Assembly (NCBI GenBank): GCA_963665235.2
Contig: CAXXLX010000001.1
Span: 2,368,001-2,432,000, forward strand
Direction of reading: 5' to 3'
DNA length: 64,000 nucleotides
Source of the DNA: Candidatus Poribacteria bacterium
GTDB lineage: Bacteria > Poribacteria > WGA-4E > WGA-3G
Of the stretch, positions 20,182 to 29,598 are shown one piece after another. Positions within the stretch are counted from its first letter, which is position 1; each line of letters starts with the position of its first letter. The notes beneath the pieces were generated by a model. That model made no database searches, was not told where the DNA came from, and saw nothing but the letters and a program-made list of their open reading frames with translations. The translations under genes and the position numbers were made by a program.

Positions 20182-20248
20182 ATGGGAGTTAATGTAGGCG
20201 CGGTTACAAAGCACGCCTACACGGATTTTACACGGATGAGTGCCACTT

Positions 20249-20944
20249 TTATTCATCACCGCCGAGAAGGCCTAAGCGGAACAGATAGTAGAGCAGCGTG
20301 AGTAGACTGGTGATTGCTGCGGCGAGATATGTTAAAAATGCTGCGTTAAGTACTTTGCCCGCGTGTCGATTTTCTTCAGGGGAAAGCATGCCTGCTTCGT
20401 CCATAGCGATTTTGGCACGGCGGCTTGCATCCCATTCAACAGGAAGTGTTATTAGTGAAAATACGACGACTATCGAAAATAGCCCTACACCTAGCAATAT
20501 CAGCCCTTGAAGCTGAAGAAGGAATCCCGCTATCATCACGATATACGAAGAGATGGAACCGAAGTTGGTAGCTGGAACAAGCGCGCTCCGAAGTTTCAGC
20601 ATTCCGTAGTCATTTGCGTCCTGCATGGCGTGCCCCGCTTCATGGCAGGCGACTCCTATAGCGGACAGTGAATGACTAGAGTACACATCTTCGGACAAAC
20701 GTAGTGCTTTCTTGCTTGGGTCGTAATGGTCACTTAACCACCCGTTTGTGCGTTCGATGCTGACACCGTCAATGCCGTTTCTTTGCAACATGAGTGCTGC
20801 TGCTTGCGCGCCTGTCATCTGATTTCGTGAACCGACGCGCGAATATTTTGAGAATGTTGATTTTGTGCGCCAGGTCGCATAGAGCGATAACGCCAGCCCC
20901 GGTGCAATAAATACGAAATACATTGGGTCAAACCAACCTAACAT
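20249..20944 (-). CDS. Membrane neutral zinc metallopeptidase (YugP-like)
   Basis: LSDHYDP, VACHEAGHAMQ, TLPVEWDASRRA, VLNAAFLTYLAA. Confidence 0.9.
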   Translation of the reverse strand: MLGWFDPMYFVFIAPGLALSLYATWRTKSTFSKYSRVGSRNQMTGAQAAALMLQRNGIDGVSIERTNGWLSDHYDPSKKALRLSEDVYSSHSLSAIGVACHEAGHAMQDANDYGMLKLRSALVPATNFGSISSYIVMIAGFLLQLQGLILLGVGLFSIVVVFSLITLPVEWDASRRAKIAMDEAGMLSPEENRHAGKVLNAAFLTYLAAAITSLLTLLYYLFRLGLLGGDE

Positions 20945-21166
20945 GATGAATACCTCCAGGTTTTATGTTTATATCAGTTTACGTGTGCATTCGTGTATAT
21001 TATACTATTAAAATTATACACGAATTCAAGAGAAAATTCAACTGCCAAAATTTTGTTTGACACGGCAGGCTCGGTTTGGTAAGCTGTATTGGAGAAACGT
21101 TCAGGAGAACAGCCTTGGACCTGACGTAGAAACTTAGGCAATTGCGCCTATAAGGAGGCCTCTGCT

Positions 21167-22360
21167 TTGAAAATCACAAATGTTAAAACTATTCTGACCG
21201 CCCCGGATGGGATTCGACTTGTTGTTGTTAAGGTTGAAACGAGTGAACCCGGTTTATATGGGGTCGGTTGTGCAACCTTTACACAACGTCCGCTCGCGGT
21301 TGCGACCGCTGTTGATGAATATCTCAAACCGTTTCTTATCGGAAAAGACCCAAGCGATATAGAGGATATTTTCCAGACGAGTTTTGTGAGTTCATATTGG
21401 CGAAATGGGCCGGTGCTAAACAATGCGTTAAGCGGTGTGGATATTGCGCTATGGGACATTATGGGGAAACGTGCGAACATGCCTGTGTATCAATTACTGG
21501 GGGGCAAATGCCGTGATGCGGTGACGCTTTACGCGCATGCGGGCGGGGGCGACTTCCAAGCTGTAGCCGATAGCGTCCGCCGTTATATGGAGCAAGGTTA
21601 CCGCTATGTGCGTGCACAGGTTGCAATTCCCGGCTATTCAACTTACGGGGCGGGAGGCGGAAAACGGAGTTCACCTGCTTTCGAACCGACACCTTATGTC
21701 AATACAGTCATTAAGCTCTTTGAGCATCTGCGAAAAGACTTGGGGGATGAGGTTGAACTTCTGCACGATGTACATGAACGGATACCGCCAATCCAAGCGA
21801 TTAATCTTGCGAAAGGGTTGGAACCGTATAATCTGTTTTTCCTTGAAGACCCGTTCGCGCCAGAGGATGTTGACTATTTTCAACTGATGCGTCAACAGAC
21901 GAGTATTCCGATTGCGATGGGTGAACTGTTCAACAATCCGAATGAGTATGTCCACCTAATCAAGGACCGTCTCATAGATTTTATTCGGGTGCATATTTCG
22001 CAAATCGGTGGTCTTAGTCCTGCCCGAAAATTAGCTGCGTTGTGTGAATTTTTCGGTGTACGAACTGCGTGGCACGGCCCTGGCGATGTTTCTCCGGTTG
22101 GGCATGCTGCGAATGTCGCCTTAGATTTGGCATGCTATAACTTCGGAATTCAGGAGCAGCATGTCTTCGGTGAGAACACAAAGGAGGTTTTTCCCGGGTG
22201 CCCCGAAATTCGGGATGGGTGTTATTGGGTAAATGAAGCACCGGGCCTCGGTATTGATGTGAACGAGGAGCTCGCAGCACGTTTTCCGTTTCCGGAGCAT
22301 CCGCTCAACGGCGGATGGGCTCCGGTACGGCGGATGGATGGAACGGTTATCCGGCCTTAG
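21167..22360 (+). CDS. Enolase superfamily, RspA/mannonate dehydratase-like
   Basis: SSYWRNGPVLNNA, LLHDVHER, FLEDP, GELF, TAWHGPGDVSPVG; AAGGAGG RBS. Confidence 0.88.
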   Translation: MKITNVKTILTAPDGIRLVVVKVETSEPGLYGVGCATFTQRPLAVATAVDEYLKPFLIGKDPSDIEDIFQTSFVSSYWRNGPVLNNALSGVDIALWDIMGKRANMPVYQLLGGKCRDAVTLYAHAGGGDFQAVADSVRRYMEQGYRYVRAQVAIPGYSTYGAGGGKRSSPAFEPTPYVNTVIKLFEHLRKDLGDEVELLHDVHERIPPIQAINLAKGLEPYNLFFLEDPFAPEDVDYFQLMRQQTSIPIAMGELFNNPNEYVHLIKDRLIDFIRVHISQIGGLSPARKLAALCEFFGVRTAWHGPGDVSPVGHAANVALDLACYNFGIQEQHVFGENTKEVFPGCPEIRDGCYWVNEAPGLGIDVNEELAARFPFPEHPLNGGWAPVRRMDGTVIRP

Positions 22361-22381
22361 AGCGTATCTCATAAATCACTT

Positions 22382-22477
22382 AGTATTCGGGCGACAAACC
22401 CGCTCCTACAGGGCGGGGTCCCCCGCCCGATTAGAAGCACTCTTTCTTTAGAGGAGCGGCCTGTTTGCCCGAATACT
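22382..22477. repeat. REP-like inverted dyad
   Basis: AGTATTCGGGCGACAAACCCGCTCCT...AGGAGCGGCCTGTTTGCCCGAATACT; a half-copy recurs at 48714-48739. Confidence 0.7.
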
Positions 22478-22556
22478 AGACAGTACAGAAACTTTACGCA
22501 CCCATCTTGCATTTTTTTCTGGCAAATAACAAAAAATTGTGATATACTATTAAATC

Positions 22557-24362
22557 ATGTCAACAAAACTTAAACATATACGCAACTTTTGTATTTTAGG
22601 ACACATCGACCACGGGAAAAGCACACTGAGTGACCGGCTCCTTGAGTATACAAACACACTCGCTGAACGGGACATGCGTGAGCAGGTGCTCGATTTGATG
22701 GAATTGGAACGGGAGCGCGGTATCACTATTAAAGCCACCGCTGTCAAACTTGAGTATCCCGCTGCCGATGGCACTACGTACGAGCTCAACCTCATTGATA
22801 CACCGGGACACGTCGATTTTACGTACGAGGTTTCCCGAAGTCTTGCTGCATGTGAGGGCGCGATTTTAATCGTTGATGCTGCGCAGGGGGTTGAAGCACA
22901 AACGCTTGCAAACGCGTATCTCGCTATTGAGAATTCCCTGGAAATCATACCGGTAATTAACAAAATCGATTTACCGGCCGCTGCACCTGCGGAGGTCAAA
23001 CGGCAGATAGATGAAGTTGTCGGTATTCCTGCCGAGGATGCCCTGTTAGCCAGCGCGAAAGCAGGTATCGGCATCTCCGAAATTCTGGAGGCAATCGTCC
23101 AACGCATTCCAGCACCAGCAGGAGAAACCGAAGCCCCCCTGAAAGCACTCGTGCTTGATTCGGTTTACAACAACTATCGCGGTGTGATTATGTACACCCG
23201 AATCTTTGATGGAAGCATCAAGCCGGGGCAGAAAATTCAACTCATGCAAACCAAACGTTCCTATGAAGTTGAAGAGGTCGGCATTTTTACACCGCAGATG
23301 CAACGGACATCGGAACTCCGGACAGGCGCAGTGGGCTATCTCATCGCTGGCATTCGTGAAATTGAGAACGCCAAAATTGGGGATACTATCACACATCACA
23401 CACAACCGACCAGCACACCGCTGCCCGGGTACCGTGAGGTAAAACCGCTTGTGTTTAGTGGGCTCTATCCGGCGGACACTAACCAATTTCATGCCTTGCG
23501 GGAAGCACTTGATAAACTTCGTCTCAACGATGCATCCTTTACGTTTGAACCTGAGACCTCTGTCGCCCTCGGCTTCGGATTTCGATGCGGATTTCTCGGT
23601 TTACTTCACATGGAAATCATTCATGAACGGCTTGAACGTGAATTCGGACTTGACCTCGTCCGGACCGCGCCGAGTGTGATGTATCACGTCTATTTGAAAG
23701 CGGGTGGACATGTTCCGGTGGACAACCCCGCGCACCTTCCTGAACCGCACCATATCGAACGAATCGAGGAACCGTATGTCAATATTGATATAATTGTGCC
23801 GCGCGACTATATCGGCAATTCGATGGAACTTTGTCAAAAGCGGCGGGGTGTATATAAACGGATGAACCAACTTGATGCGACACGGGTGCAGCTGCTCTAT
23901 GAACTTCCGCTCAGTGAAATGCTCACCGACTTTTATCCGAAACTGAAATCATTAACGCGCGGGTACGGTTCACTGGAGTATGATATAGGCACCTACAAAA
24001 TCGGAAATCTGGTAAAGTTGGAGCTTCTGCTCAACGGCAAGAAGGTGGACGCGCTCTCCACTATTTTGCCACGCGAAGTAGCAGAAACGCGCGGGAAGGC
24101 ATTGGTTAGCAAATTGAAAGCGTTGATTCCGCGGCAGATGTTTGAAATTCCTATCCAAGCAGCGATTGGGAATAAGATTATTGCACGCGAAACTGTCAGA
24201 CCGCTTCGGAAAAACGTCACCGCAAAGTGCTACGGTGGTGACATAACCCGAAAACGGAAATTGTTGGAAAAACAGAAAAAAGGGAAAAAACGACTTAAAC
24301 AGATTGGCAACGTTGATGTTCCGCAAGAGGCGTTCACTGCAATGCTTGCTACGGATGAGTAG
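22557..24362 (+). CDS. lepA: Elongation factor 4
   Basis: [51 protein letters not shown]. Confidence 0.98.
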   Translation: MSTKLKHIRNFCILGHIDHGKSTLSDRLLEYTNTLAERDMREQVLDLMELERERGITIKATAVKLEYPAADGTTYELNLIDTPGHVDFTYEVSRSLAACEGAILIVDAAQGVEAQTLANAYLAIENSLEIIPVINKIDLPAAAPAEVKRQIDEVVGIPAEDALLASAKAGIGISEILEAIVQRIPAPAGETEAPLKALVLDSVYNNYRGVIMYTRIFDGSIKPGQKIQLMQTKRSYEVEEVGIFTPQMQRTSELRTGAVGYLIAGIREIENAKIGDTITHHTQPTSTPLPGYREVKPLVFSGLYPADTNQFHALREALDKLRLNDASFTFEPETSVALGFGFRCGFLGLLHMEIIHERLEREFGLDLVRTAPSVMYHVYLKAGGHVPVDNPAHLPEPHHIERIEEPYVNIDIIVPRDYIGNSMELCQKRRGVYKRMNQLDATRVQLLYELPLSEMLTDFYPKLKSLTRGYGSLEYDIGTYKIGNLVKLELLLNGKKVDALSTILPREVAETRGKALVSKLKALIPRQMFEIPIQAAIGNKIIARETVRPLRKNVTAKCYGGDITRKRKLLEKQKKGKKRLKQIGNVDVPQEAFTAMLATDE

Positions 24363-24445
24363 CGAATGGAAACCTTAGGAGTATACCTATTACCTTTAAG
24401 AAAGAAAGGAAAATGCCGCTTGATAGATAGTGGTTTCATAATATT

Positions 24446-25249
24446 ATGAGTACTGATACGCAATTAACAGGATGGCAGAAATTCCGGAAGACTGTCATCT
24501 GGGAATATACGCAAGTCATTGTTGTCGCCCTTATTCTCGTCTTTGGGTTTATACGTCCCTTTGTTGTGGAAGCGTTTAAAATACCTTCCGGTTCTATGGA
24601 AGACACGCTTCTTATAGGTGACCGGATTCTGGTGTGCAAGTTCATCTACGGCATTAAAATCCCCGGCACGAAAATTCGAGTTTTCGATTTTCATAAACCT
24701 GCTCGGGGTGACGTGTTCGTTTTTATACCGCCGCACGACCGGGAACGCAATTTCATTAAGCGCATCGTCGCTGTTGAAGGTGATACAGTGTCCACCCAAG
24801 GCGATACGCTTTACGTGAATGGCAAAGCGGTTGACGATAAAAGCTACACAAAGGACGTGGGCTCCCCGCACTTCCAAAGTGATTTCCCACCCTTCCGAGA
24901 ACCGGGGCACTTTCGAGGTGATAAAGCGTACAAAGATTACACCTTGACAGAAAGTCAGTTTAAAAACAAATTTCCTGAAGGCAAACCGTTCACCGTACCA
25001 CAAGGTACCGTTTTCGCTATGGGCGATAACCGAAACCGTAGCAGCGATAGTCGAACCTGGGGCCCGGTGCAGGTAGACGATATTAAAGGACAAGCCTTCA
25101 TGGTATACTGGTCCTTCTGCGACGCTAAAGATCCGAATGTAGCGTGTAAAAATGAAAATGTGAAAATATGGGAGGTGTGGAAGATAATTGGCAATATAAG
25201 ATTCAATCGAATCGGAAAACTTATCCATTCGAAGGCTGGATATAACTGA
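24446..25249 (+). CDS. lepB: Signal peptidase I
   Basis: IPSGSMEDTL (Ser), FIKRIV (Lys), MGDNRNRSSDSR; follows lepA. Confidence 0.95.
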   Translation: MSTDTQLTGWQKFRKTVIWEYTQVIVVALILVFGFIRPFVVEAFKIPSGSMEDTLLIGDRILVCKFIYGIKIPGTKIRVFDFHKPARGDVFVFIPPHDRERNFIKRIVAVEGDTVSTQGDTLYVNGKAVDDKSYTKDVGSPHFQSDFPPFREPGHFRGDKAYKDYTLTESQFKNKFPEGKPFTVPQGTVFAMGDNRNRSSDSRTWGPVQVDDIKGQAFMVYWSFCDAKDPNVACKNENVKIWEVWKIIGNIRFNRIGKLIHSKAGYN

Positions 25250-27183
25250 TGCATCAAGAGAGAAGAAATCTTATCATCGGCACAGCAGGGCATGTTGACC
25301 ACGGAAAGACCGCGCTGGTAGGAAAGCTTACCGGCATTGAAACGGATAGGCTTAAAGAGGAACGTGAGCGCGGTCTCTCTATCGAGCTCGGATTCGCCTA
25401 CTTCGATTTGCCGGATAACTCGCGCGCAGGTATTGTGGACGTGCCCGGGCACGAGAAATTTATCCGAAATATGCTCTCTGGGGCTTACGGTATGGATATG
25501 GTGCTCTTCGTTGTGGATGCGAAGGAGGGTGTGCAGGAACAGACGTTGGAACACCTTGCTATTCTCGACCTACTCGGTATTTCAAACGGCATTCTGGTTA
25601 TGACAAAGGCCGATTTGGCATCTCAGGAAGAACTCGCGGAAGCCACAGAGATGACGCAAGAAATGCTAGTCGGGACAACCCTTGAGGGAATTCCGACTGT
25701 TAGTGTCTCCTCAATCACAGGGGAGGGCATTGATACGCTAAAGCAGACGATTGTGAAGCAGGTCGCTCTTGCCACAAAAGCGCAAGAACATGATGGTATC
25801 TCACGGCTCTATGTCGATAGGGTTTTTACAGTGCAGGGGTTCGGCGTTGTTGTTACAGGAACGCTTATCGGGGGTGCTATTCATCGGGACCAGCGGATGG
25901 TTCTGCTGCCCCAAGGCGAGGAGGTCAGGGTCCGCGGGATAGAGGTTCACAATGAACCGGCTGCTATTGCACAAGCTGGGCAAAGAACTGCGTTGAACCT
26001 GTCGGGTACATCCGCGCAAAACATTCAACGCGGTGATGTGCTCTGCCCGATTGAATTTTCACGCGTCACTGACAACATAAACGTATCGTTACAGGTTTTG
26101 TCTTCATTTCCGAGAATTCTTGAACATTGGAGCCGTTTTCGCGTGTACCTCGGCACACGCGAAATATTTTGTAGGTTAATCTTATTGGTCGATGAAGCCA
26201 TCCTTCCGGGCGACACCGTTCAGGTTCAACTCCGCTTGGAGCAACCGATTTTAACCTTCAGAGGGGATAGGATAATCTTACGCGATTTTTCGGCACAGCA
26301 TACTGTCGGCGGCGGTGAGGTGATTAACCCGTTTGCCCCTAAGCATAAGCGGTTTACACAAGAAACCATAACAACCCTAGCGCAGTGGGAAGAAGCTGAT
26401 GACGCGCAGGTTGTGAACACAGTGTTAGTAAACAGCGAGGCGTTGTGTATGCCGGAATCTTTTCTCCACTACTATCTACCGCATTCTCGTGTGAATGTTG
26501 GGAGTATCTTGGAGGCACTGCAAACCGAGGGGAAAATTGTACGCTGGGATACATCCGGGAGAACACCGCTCGTTTCGGATGCTATGCGTACTGCAGCTGC
26601 CGAAGAGAAGATAATTGCTGCGTTATCCGAATTTCACACGACACAACCGCTCCTTGCTGGGCAAAACGCCTCACAGCTCTGCCGCACACTTGAACTAGAT
26701 GAGGTCGGATTCGCCAAACTCACGCATCAACTGATTGCTGCGAAGCAGCTTGTTAAGGATGGGAACCTGCTCCGATTGGCATCACACGAAATCCAATTTT
26801 CCGAAGAGGAAGAGACTGCGAAAGAGACATTGGAAAAAATATTCCTAGAGGCTGGCATTAACACCCCGAACCTCACACAGCTCAACGCGCTACTCCCTGA
26901 ATATACACCCAAGGTGATTGAATCCACCTTTTTCGCGCTCCTGAACCTTGGGCAGTTCATCAAAACAGCCGATAATTTCTTCATCCACAAAACCGTTTTT
27001 GAAGAGACGCGCGAATTGTTAACCAACTATCTTCATGAACATGATACAATAACTGTTGCAGACTTCCGGGAACTTGCACAAACCTCGCGAAAATACGCAG
27101 TACCGTTCTTGGAATACTGTGACAGTCAGAACATTACAATCCGGGATGGAAACGTCAGGAGATTGGCAACGCGGCAAAATTAG
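25249..27183 (+). CDS. selB: Selenocysteine-specific elongation factor
   Basis: GTAGHVDHGKT, DRLKEERERGLSIELGFA, C-terminal winged helix TSRKYAVPFLEYCD; adjacent to tRNA-Sec. Confidence 0.95.
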   Translation: MHQERRNLIIGTAGHVDHGKTALVGKLTGIETDRLKEERERGLSIELGFAYFDLPDNSRAGIVDVPGHEKFIRNMLSGAYGMDMVLFVVDAKEGVQEQTLEHLAILDLLGISNGILVMTKADLASQEELAEATEMTQEMLVGTTLEGIPTVSVSSITGEGIDTLKQTIVKQVALATKAQEHDGISRLYVDRVFTVQGFGVVVTGTLIGGAIHRDQRMVLLPQGEEVRVRGIEVHNEPAAIAQAGQRTALNLSGTSAQNIQRGDVLCPIEFSRVTDNINVSLQVLSSFPRILEHWSRFRVYLGTREIFCRLILLVDEAILPGDTVQVQLRLEQPILTFRGDRIILRDFSAQHTVGGGEVINPFAPKHKRFTQETITTLAQWEEADDAQVVNTVLVNSEALCMPESFLHYYLPHSRVNVGSILEALQTEGKIVRWDTSGRTPLVSDAMRTAAAEEKIIAALSEFHTTQPLLAGQNASQLCRTLELDEVGFAKLTHQLIAAKQLVKDGNLLRLASHEIQFSEEEETAKETLEKIFLEAGINTPNLTQLNALLPEYTPKVIESTFFALLNLGQFIKTADNFFIHKTVFEETRELLTNYLHEHDTITVADFRELAQTSRKYAVPFLEYCDSQNITIRDGNVRRLATRQN

Positions 27184-27241
27184 GAATTTGGTAATAGATA
27201 ATTGGTTATCGGAAACGGTTAGGTGCACTATCAGTGAGCGT

Positions 27242-27335
27242 GGGGGAGGATAGGGTCCGGTGGCCCTACCGGTCTTCAAAACCGGCTTGTCCATGCAAGT
27301 GGATAGGTGGGTTCGACTCCCACCCTCTCCCGCCA
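27242..27335 (+). tRNA. selC: tRNA-Sec (anticodon UCA)
   Basis: 8-bp acceptor stem, CCGGT-CTTCAAA-ACCGG anticodon arm, long variable arm, GTTCGACTC T-loop, GCCA end. Confidence 0.95.
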
Positions 27336-27369
27336 TCTTTCAGTGCTTGCCTTGTTTGAAATCAACTTA

Positions 27370-27515
27370 TACCATTTTTATTAATTATTCTATCATTACC
27401 GGTTGTTAGAAATGAAACGGAGAACGGAAGACCCAAACTGGAAGTTTATGCTACAAGAAAGCACAAACTGGAAGTTTATGCTACAAGAAAGAGACATTTT
27501 CAATTAGAAATGGTA
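27370..27515. mobile_element. MITE family A copy 2
   Basis: Same TIRs and TTA flanks as 19791-19941. Confidence 0.8.
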
Positions 27516-27564
27516 TTAGTAGCAACCGCGCCTGCAACAACGTCGGCAGGCGAGCAGAGGCACC

Positions 27565-28473
27565 ATGAATCAAATATCTTTGCCCTTACTTAACAACGCA
27601 GAAACCCTACAACGTCGGCATCCGGCGTGGATTAAGGCCCGTATCCCAGGCAGTGGGGCTTACGCGGAACTCAAAAAATTAATGCGGGACCTACAACTCC
27701 ACACGGTCTGTGAAGAGGCGCGATGTCCGAATATAGGCGAATGTTGGAACAACCGCACCGCCACCTTCATGATACTAGGCGATGTCTGTACACGCCGTTG
27801 TATGTTCTGTGCTGTGAAAAAAGGGGCCCCTGGTGGCATCGTGGACGCAGATGAACCCCGAAGACTTGGGGCAGCAGTTGGGTACTTAAAACTCCGGCAT
27901 GTCGTTATTACCTCTGTCAACCGGGACGACCTGCCTGATGGGGGTGCTGCTGTCTTCGCCGACTGTATCGCCGAAGCGCGAAAACAGCAGCCGGGGTGTA
28001 CAGTGGAGGTCCTCATTCCTGACCTTGAGGGAAATTGGGATGCCCTTAAGGTTATTATCCAAGCCCGTCCTGAAGTGCTGAACCACAACACTGAGACGGT
28101 GCCGAGACTTTACCGCCGCGTCCGTCCCTACGCAAATTATCAACAAACACTCACACTGCTTCGGGTCGGCAAACAGCTCGATGCGGAAATACTCACAAAA
28201 TCTGGACTTATGGTCGGATTAGGGGAAACGGTAACAGAACTTTTGGAAACGATGCAAGATATTTGCGACACCGGATGCGATATTCTGACTATTGGACAAT
28301 ATCTTGCGCCTTCCGCACGGCATCTGCCAATTCAACGCTACTATACACCGGAAGAATTTGACGAACTCAAAGAAGCGGGGACAGCGATGGGGTTTCGGCA
28401 TGTAGAATCCGGCCCGCTTGTCCGAAGTTCTTATCATGCAAGTGAACAGGCACAACTGTCGAGTCTGTCCTGA
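27565..28473 (+). CDS. lipA: Lipoyl synthase
   Basis: CEEARCPNIGECW, CTRRCMFC, GPLVRSSYHA. Confidence 0.97.
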   Translation: MNQISLPLLNNAETLQRRHPAWIKARIPGSGAYAELKKLMRDLQLHTVCEEARCPNIGECWNNRTATFMILGDVCTRRCMFCAVKKGAPGGIVDADEPRRLGAAVGYLKLRHVVITSVNRDDLPDGGAAVFADCIAEARKQQPGCTVEVLIPDLEGNWDALKVIIQARPEVLNHNTETVPRLYRRVRPYANYQQTLTLLRVGKQLDAEILTKSGLMVGLGETVTELLETMQDICDTGCDILTIGQYLAPSARHLPIQRYYTPEEFDELKEAGTAMGFRHVESGPLVRSSYHASEQAQLSSLS

Positions 28474-28486
28474 ATTCGTGTATCTA

Positions 28487-28629
28487 AACCTAAGTTGCCA
28501 CCTATAAATTTTTAGGCTTGGAAAGTCCGATTTTAGTCAAAAAATGCTGATAATTGTAGCGTGAACTTCTATGTTGCGCCCTTATGCCACAAACTAGAAA
28601 GTTTGTGCTACTATGTGGCAACTTGCGTT
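28487..28629. mobile_element. MITE family B copy (inverted, diverged)
   Basis: TIR AACCTAAGTTGCCAC / GTGGCAACTTGCGTT; reverse complement resembles 55491-55644. Confidence 0.7.
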
Positions 28630-28788
28630 ATCTAAGCCTTTTTTTGAAATAATTCCATTAAAAACCGGATAAAAATCGGATTTTTGTGCAATTTTTTAGC
28701 GGATTTGTGATATACTTAATCAAAAATACCGCCGAGATTTTGTGAATGTCTCGCCGGGCACAAACAAAAAAGATGAAGGACAAAAAAA

Positions 28789-29598
28789 ATGATTCATGTG
28801 ATTATTAATGGGGCATGCGGTCGGATGGGACAGTTGATTATCCGAGGCGTTGCCCAACAAACAGATATGAAACTCGTGGGAGCTATTGAATATCCGGAAC
28901 ATCCACAAATCGGGACTGATGCTGGCGTTGCCGCTGGGATAGAAGAACTTGGCGTAGCAATTACAGGTGAACTCAGCGATGTCATTGACAGCGCGGGCGT
29001 TGTGATTGAATTTTCAAAACCTGAGGCAACCCTTCAACACCTACGACAAGTTGTCGATGCGGGGAAAGCGATGGTCATCGCAACGACAGGGTTTAGCGGC
29101 GATGAGCTTGCAACTGTTCAAGCACTTGCAGCACAAATCCGATGTGTCATGGCACCGAATATGAGCCTCGGTGTCAACGTCATGATTCAGGCATTGGCAT
29201 TAATCGCCAAAGCCCTCGGAGATGAGTATAATATTGAAGTGATAGAAGCACACCACAATCATAAGGCAGACTCGCCGAGCGGGACCGCGTTGCGATTGGC
29301 GGAGACTGTTGCGAACGCGCTCGAGCGCGATTTGGATGCGGTCGGTGTCTATGGGCGACACGGTATTATCGGTCCGCGCCCGCAGCACCAAATCGGCATT
29401 CACGCAATCCGCGGCGGAGACATCGCAGGAGACCACACCGTCCTCTTTGCAGGTGAGGGGGAGCAACTGAGCGTCGTCCACCGCGCACACAGTCCCGAAG
29501 CATTTGCAAAAGGTGCCATTCGCGCAGCGCGATGGGTCATAGATGCCCCCAAAGGACTCCACGATGTCAGTGAAGTACTTTTTGAGAATCATCGGTAA
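28789..29598 (+). CDS. dapB: 4-hydroxy-tetrahydrodipicolinate reductase
   Basis: GACGRMG, APNMSLGVN, EAHHNHKADSPSGTA. Confidence 0.95.
   Translation: MIHVIINGACGRMGQLIIRGVAQQTDMKLVGAIEYPEHPQIGTDAGVAAGIEELGVAITGELSDVIDSAGVVIEFSKPEATLQHLRQVVDAGKAMVIATTGFSGDELATVQALAAQIRCVMAPNMSLGVNVMIQALALIAKALGDEYNIEVIEAHHNHKADSPSGTALRLAETVANALERDLDAVGVYGRHGIIGPRPQHQIGIHAIRGGDIAGDHTVLFAGEGEQLSVVHRAHSPEAFAKGAIRAARWVIDAPKGLHDVSEVLFENHR

Noticed and set aside
21095-21130. Possible riboswitch before the RspA-like gene
   Set aside because: Only a short hairpin (ACGTTCAGG..CCTGACGT); I recognise no known aptamer consensus
24464-25228. 254-aa antisense ORF over lepB
   Set aside because: No recognisable motifs; shadow of a conserved gene (the same applies to most short overlapping ORFs)
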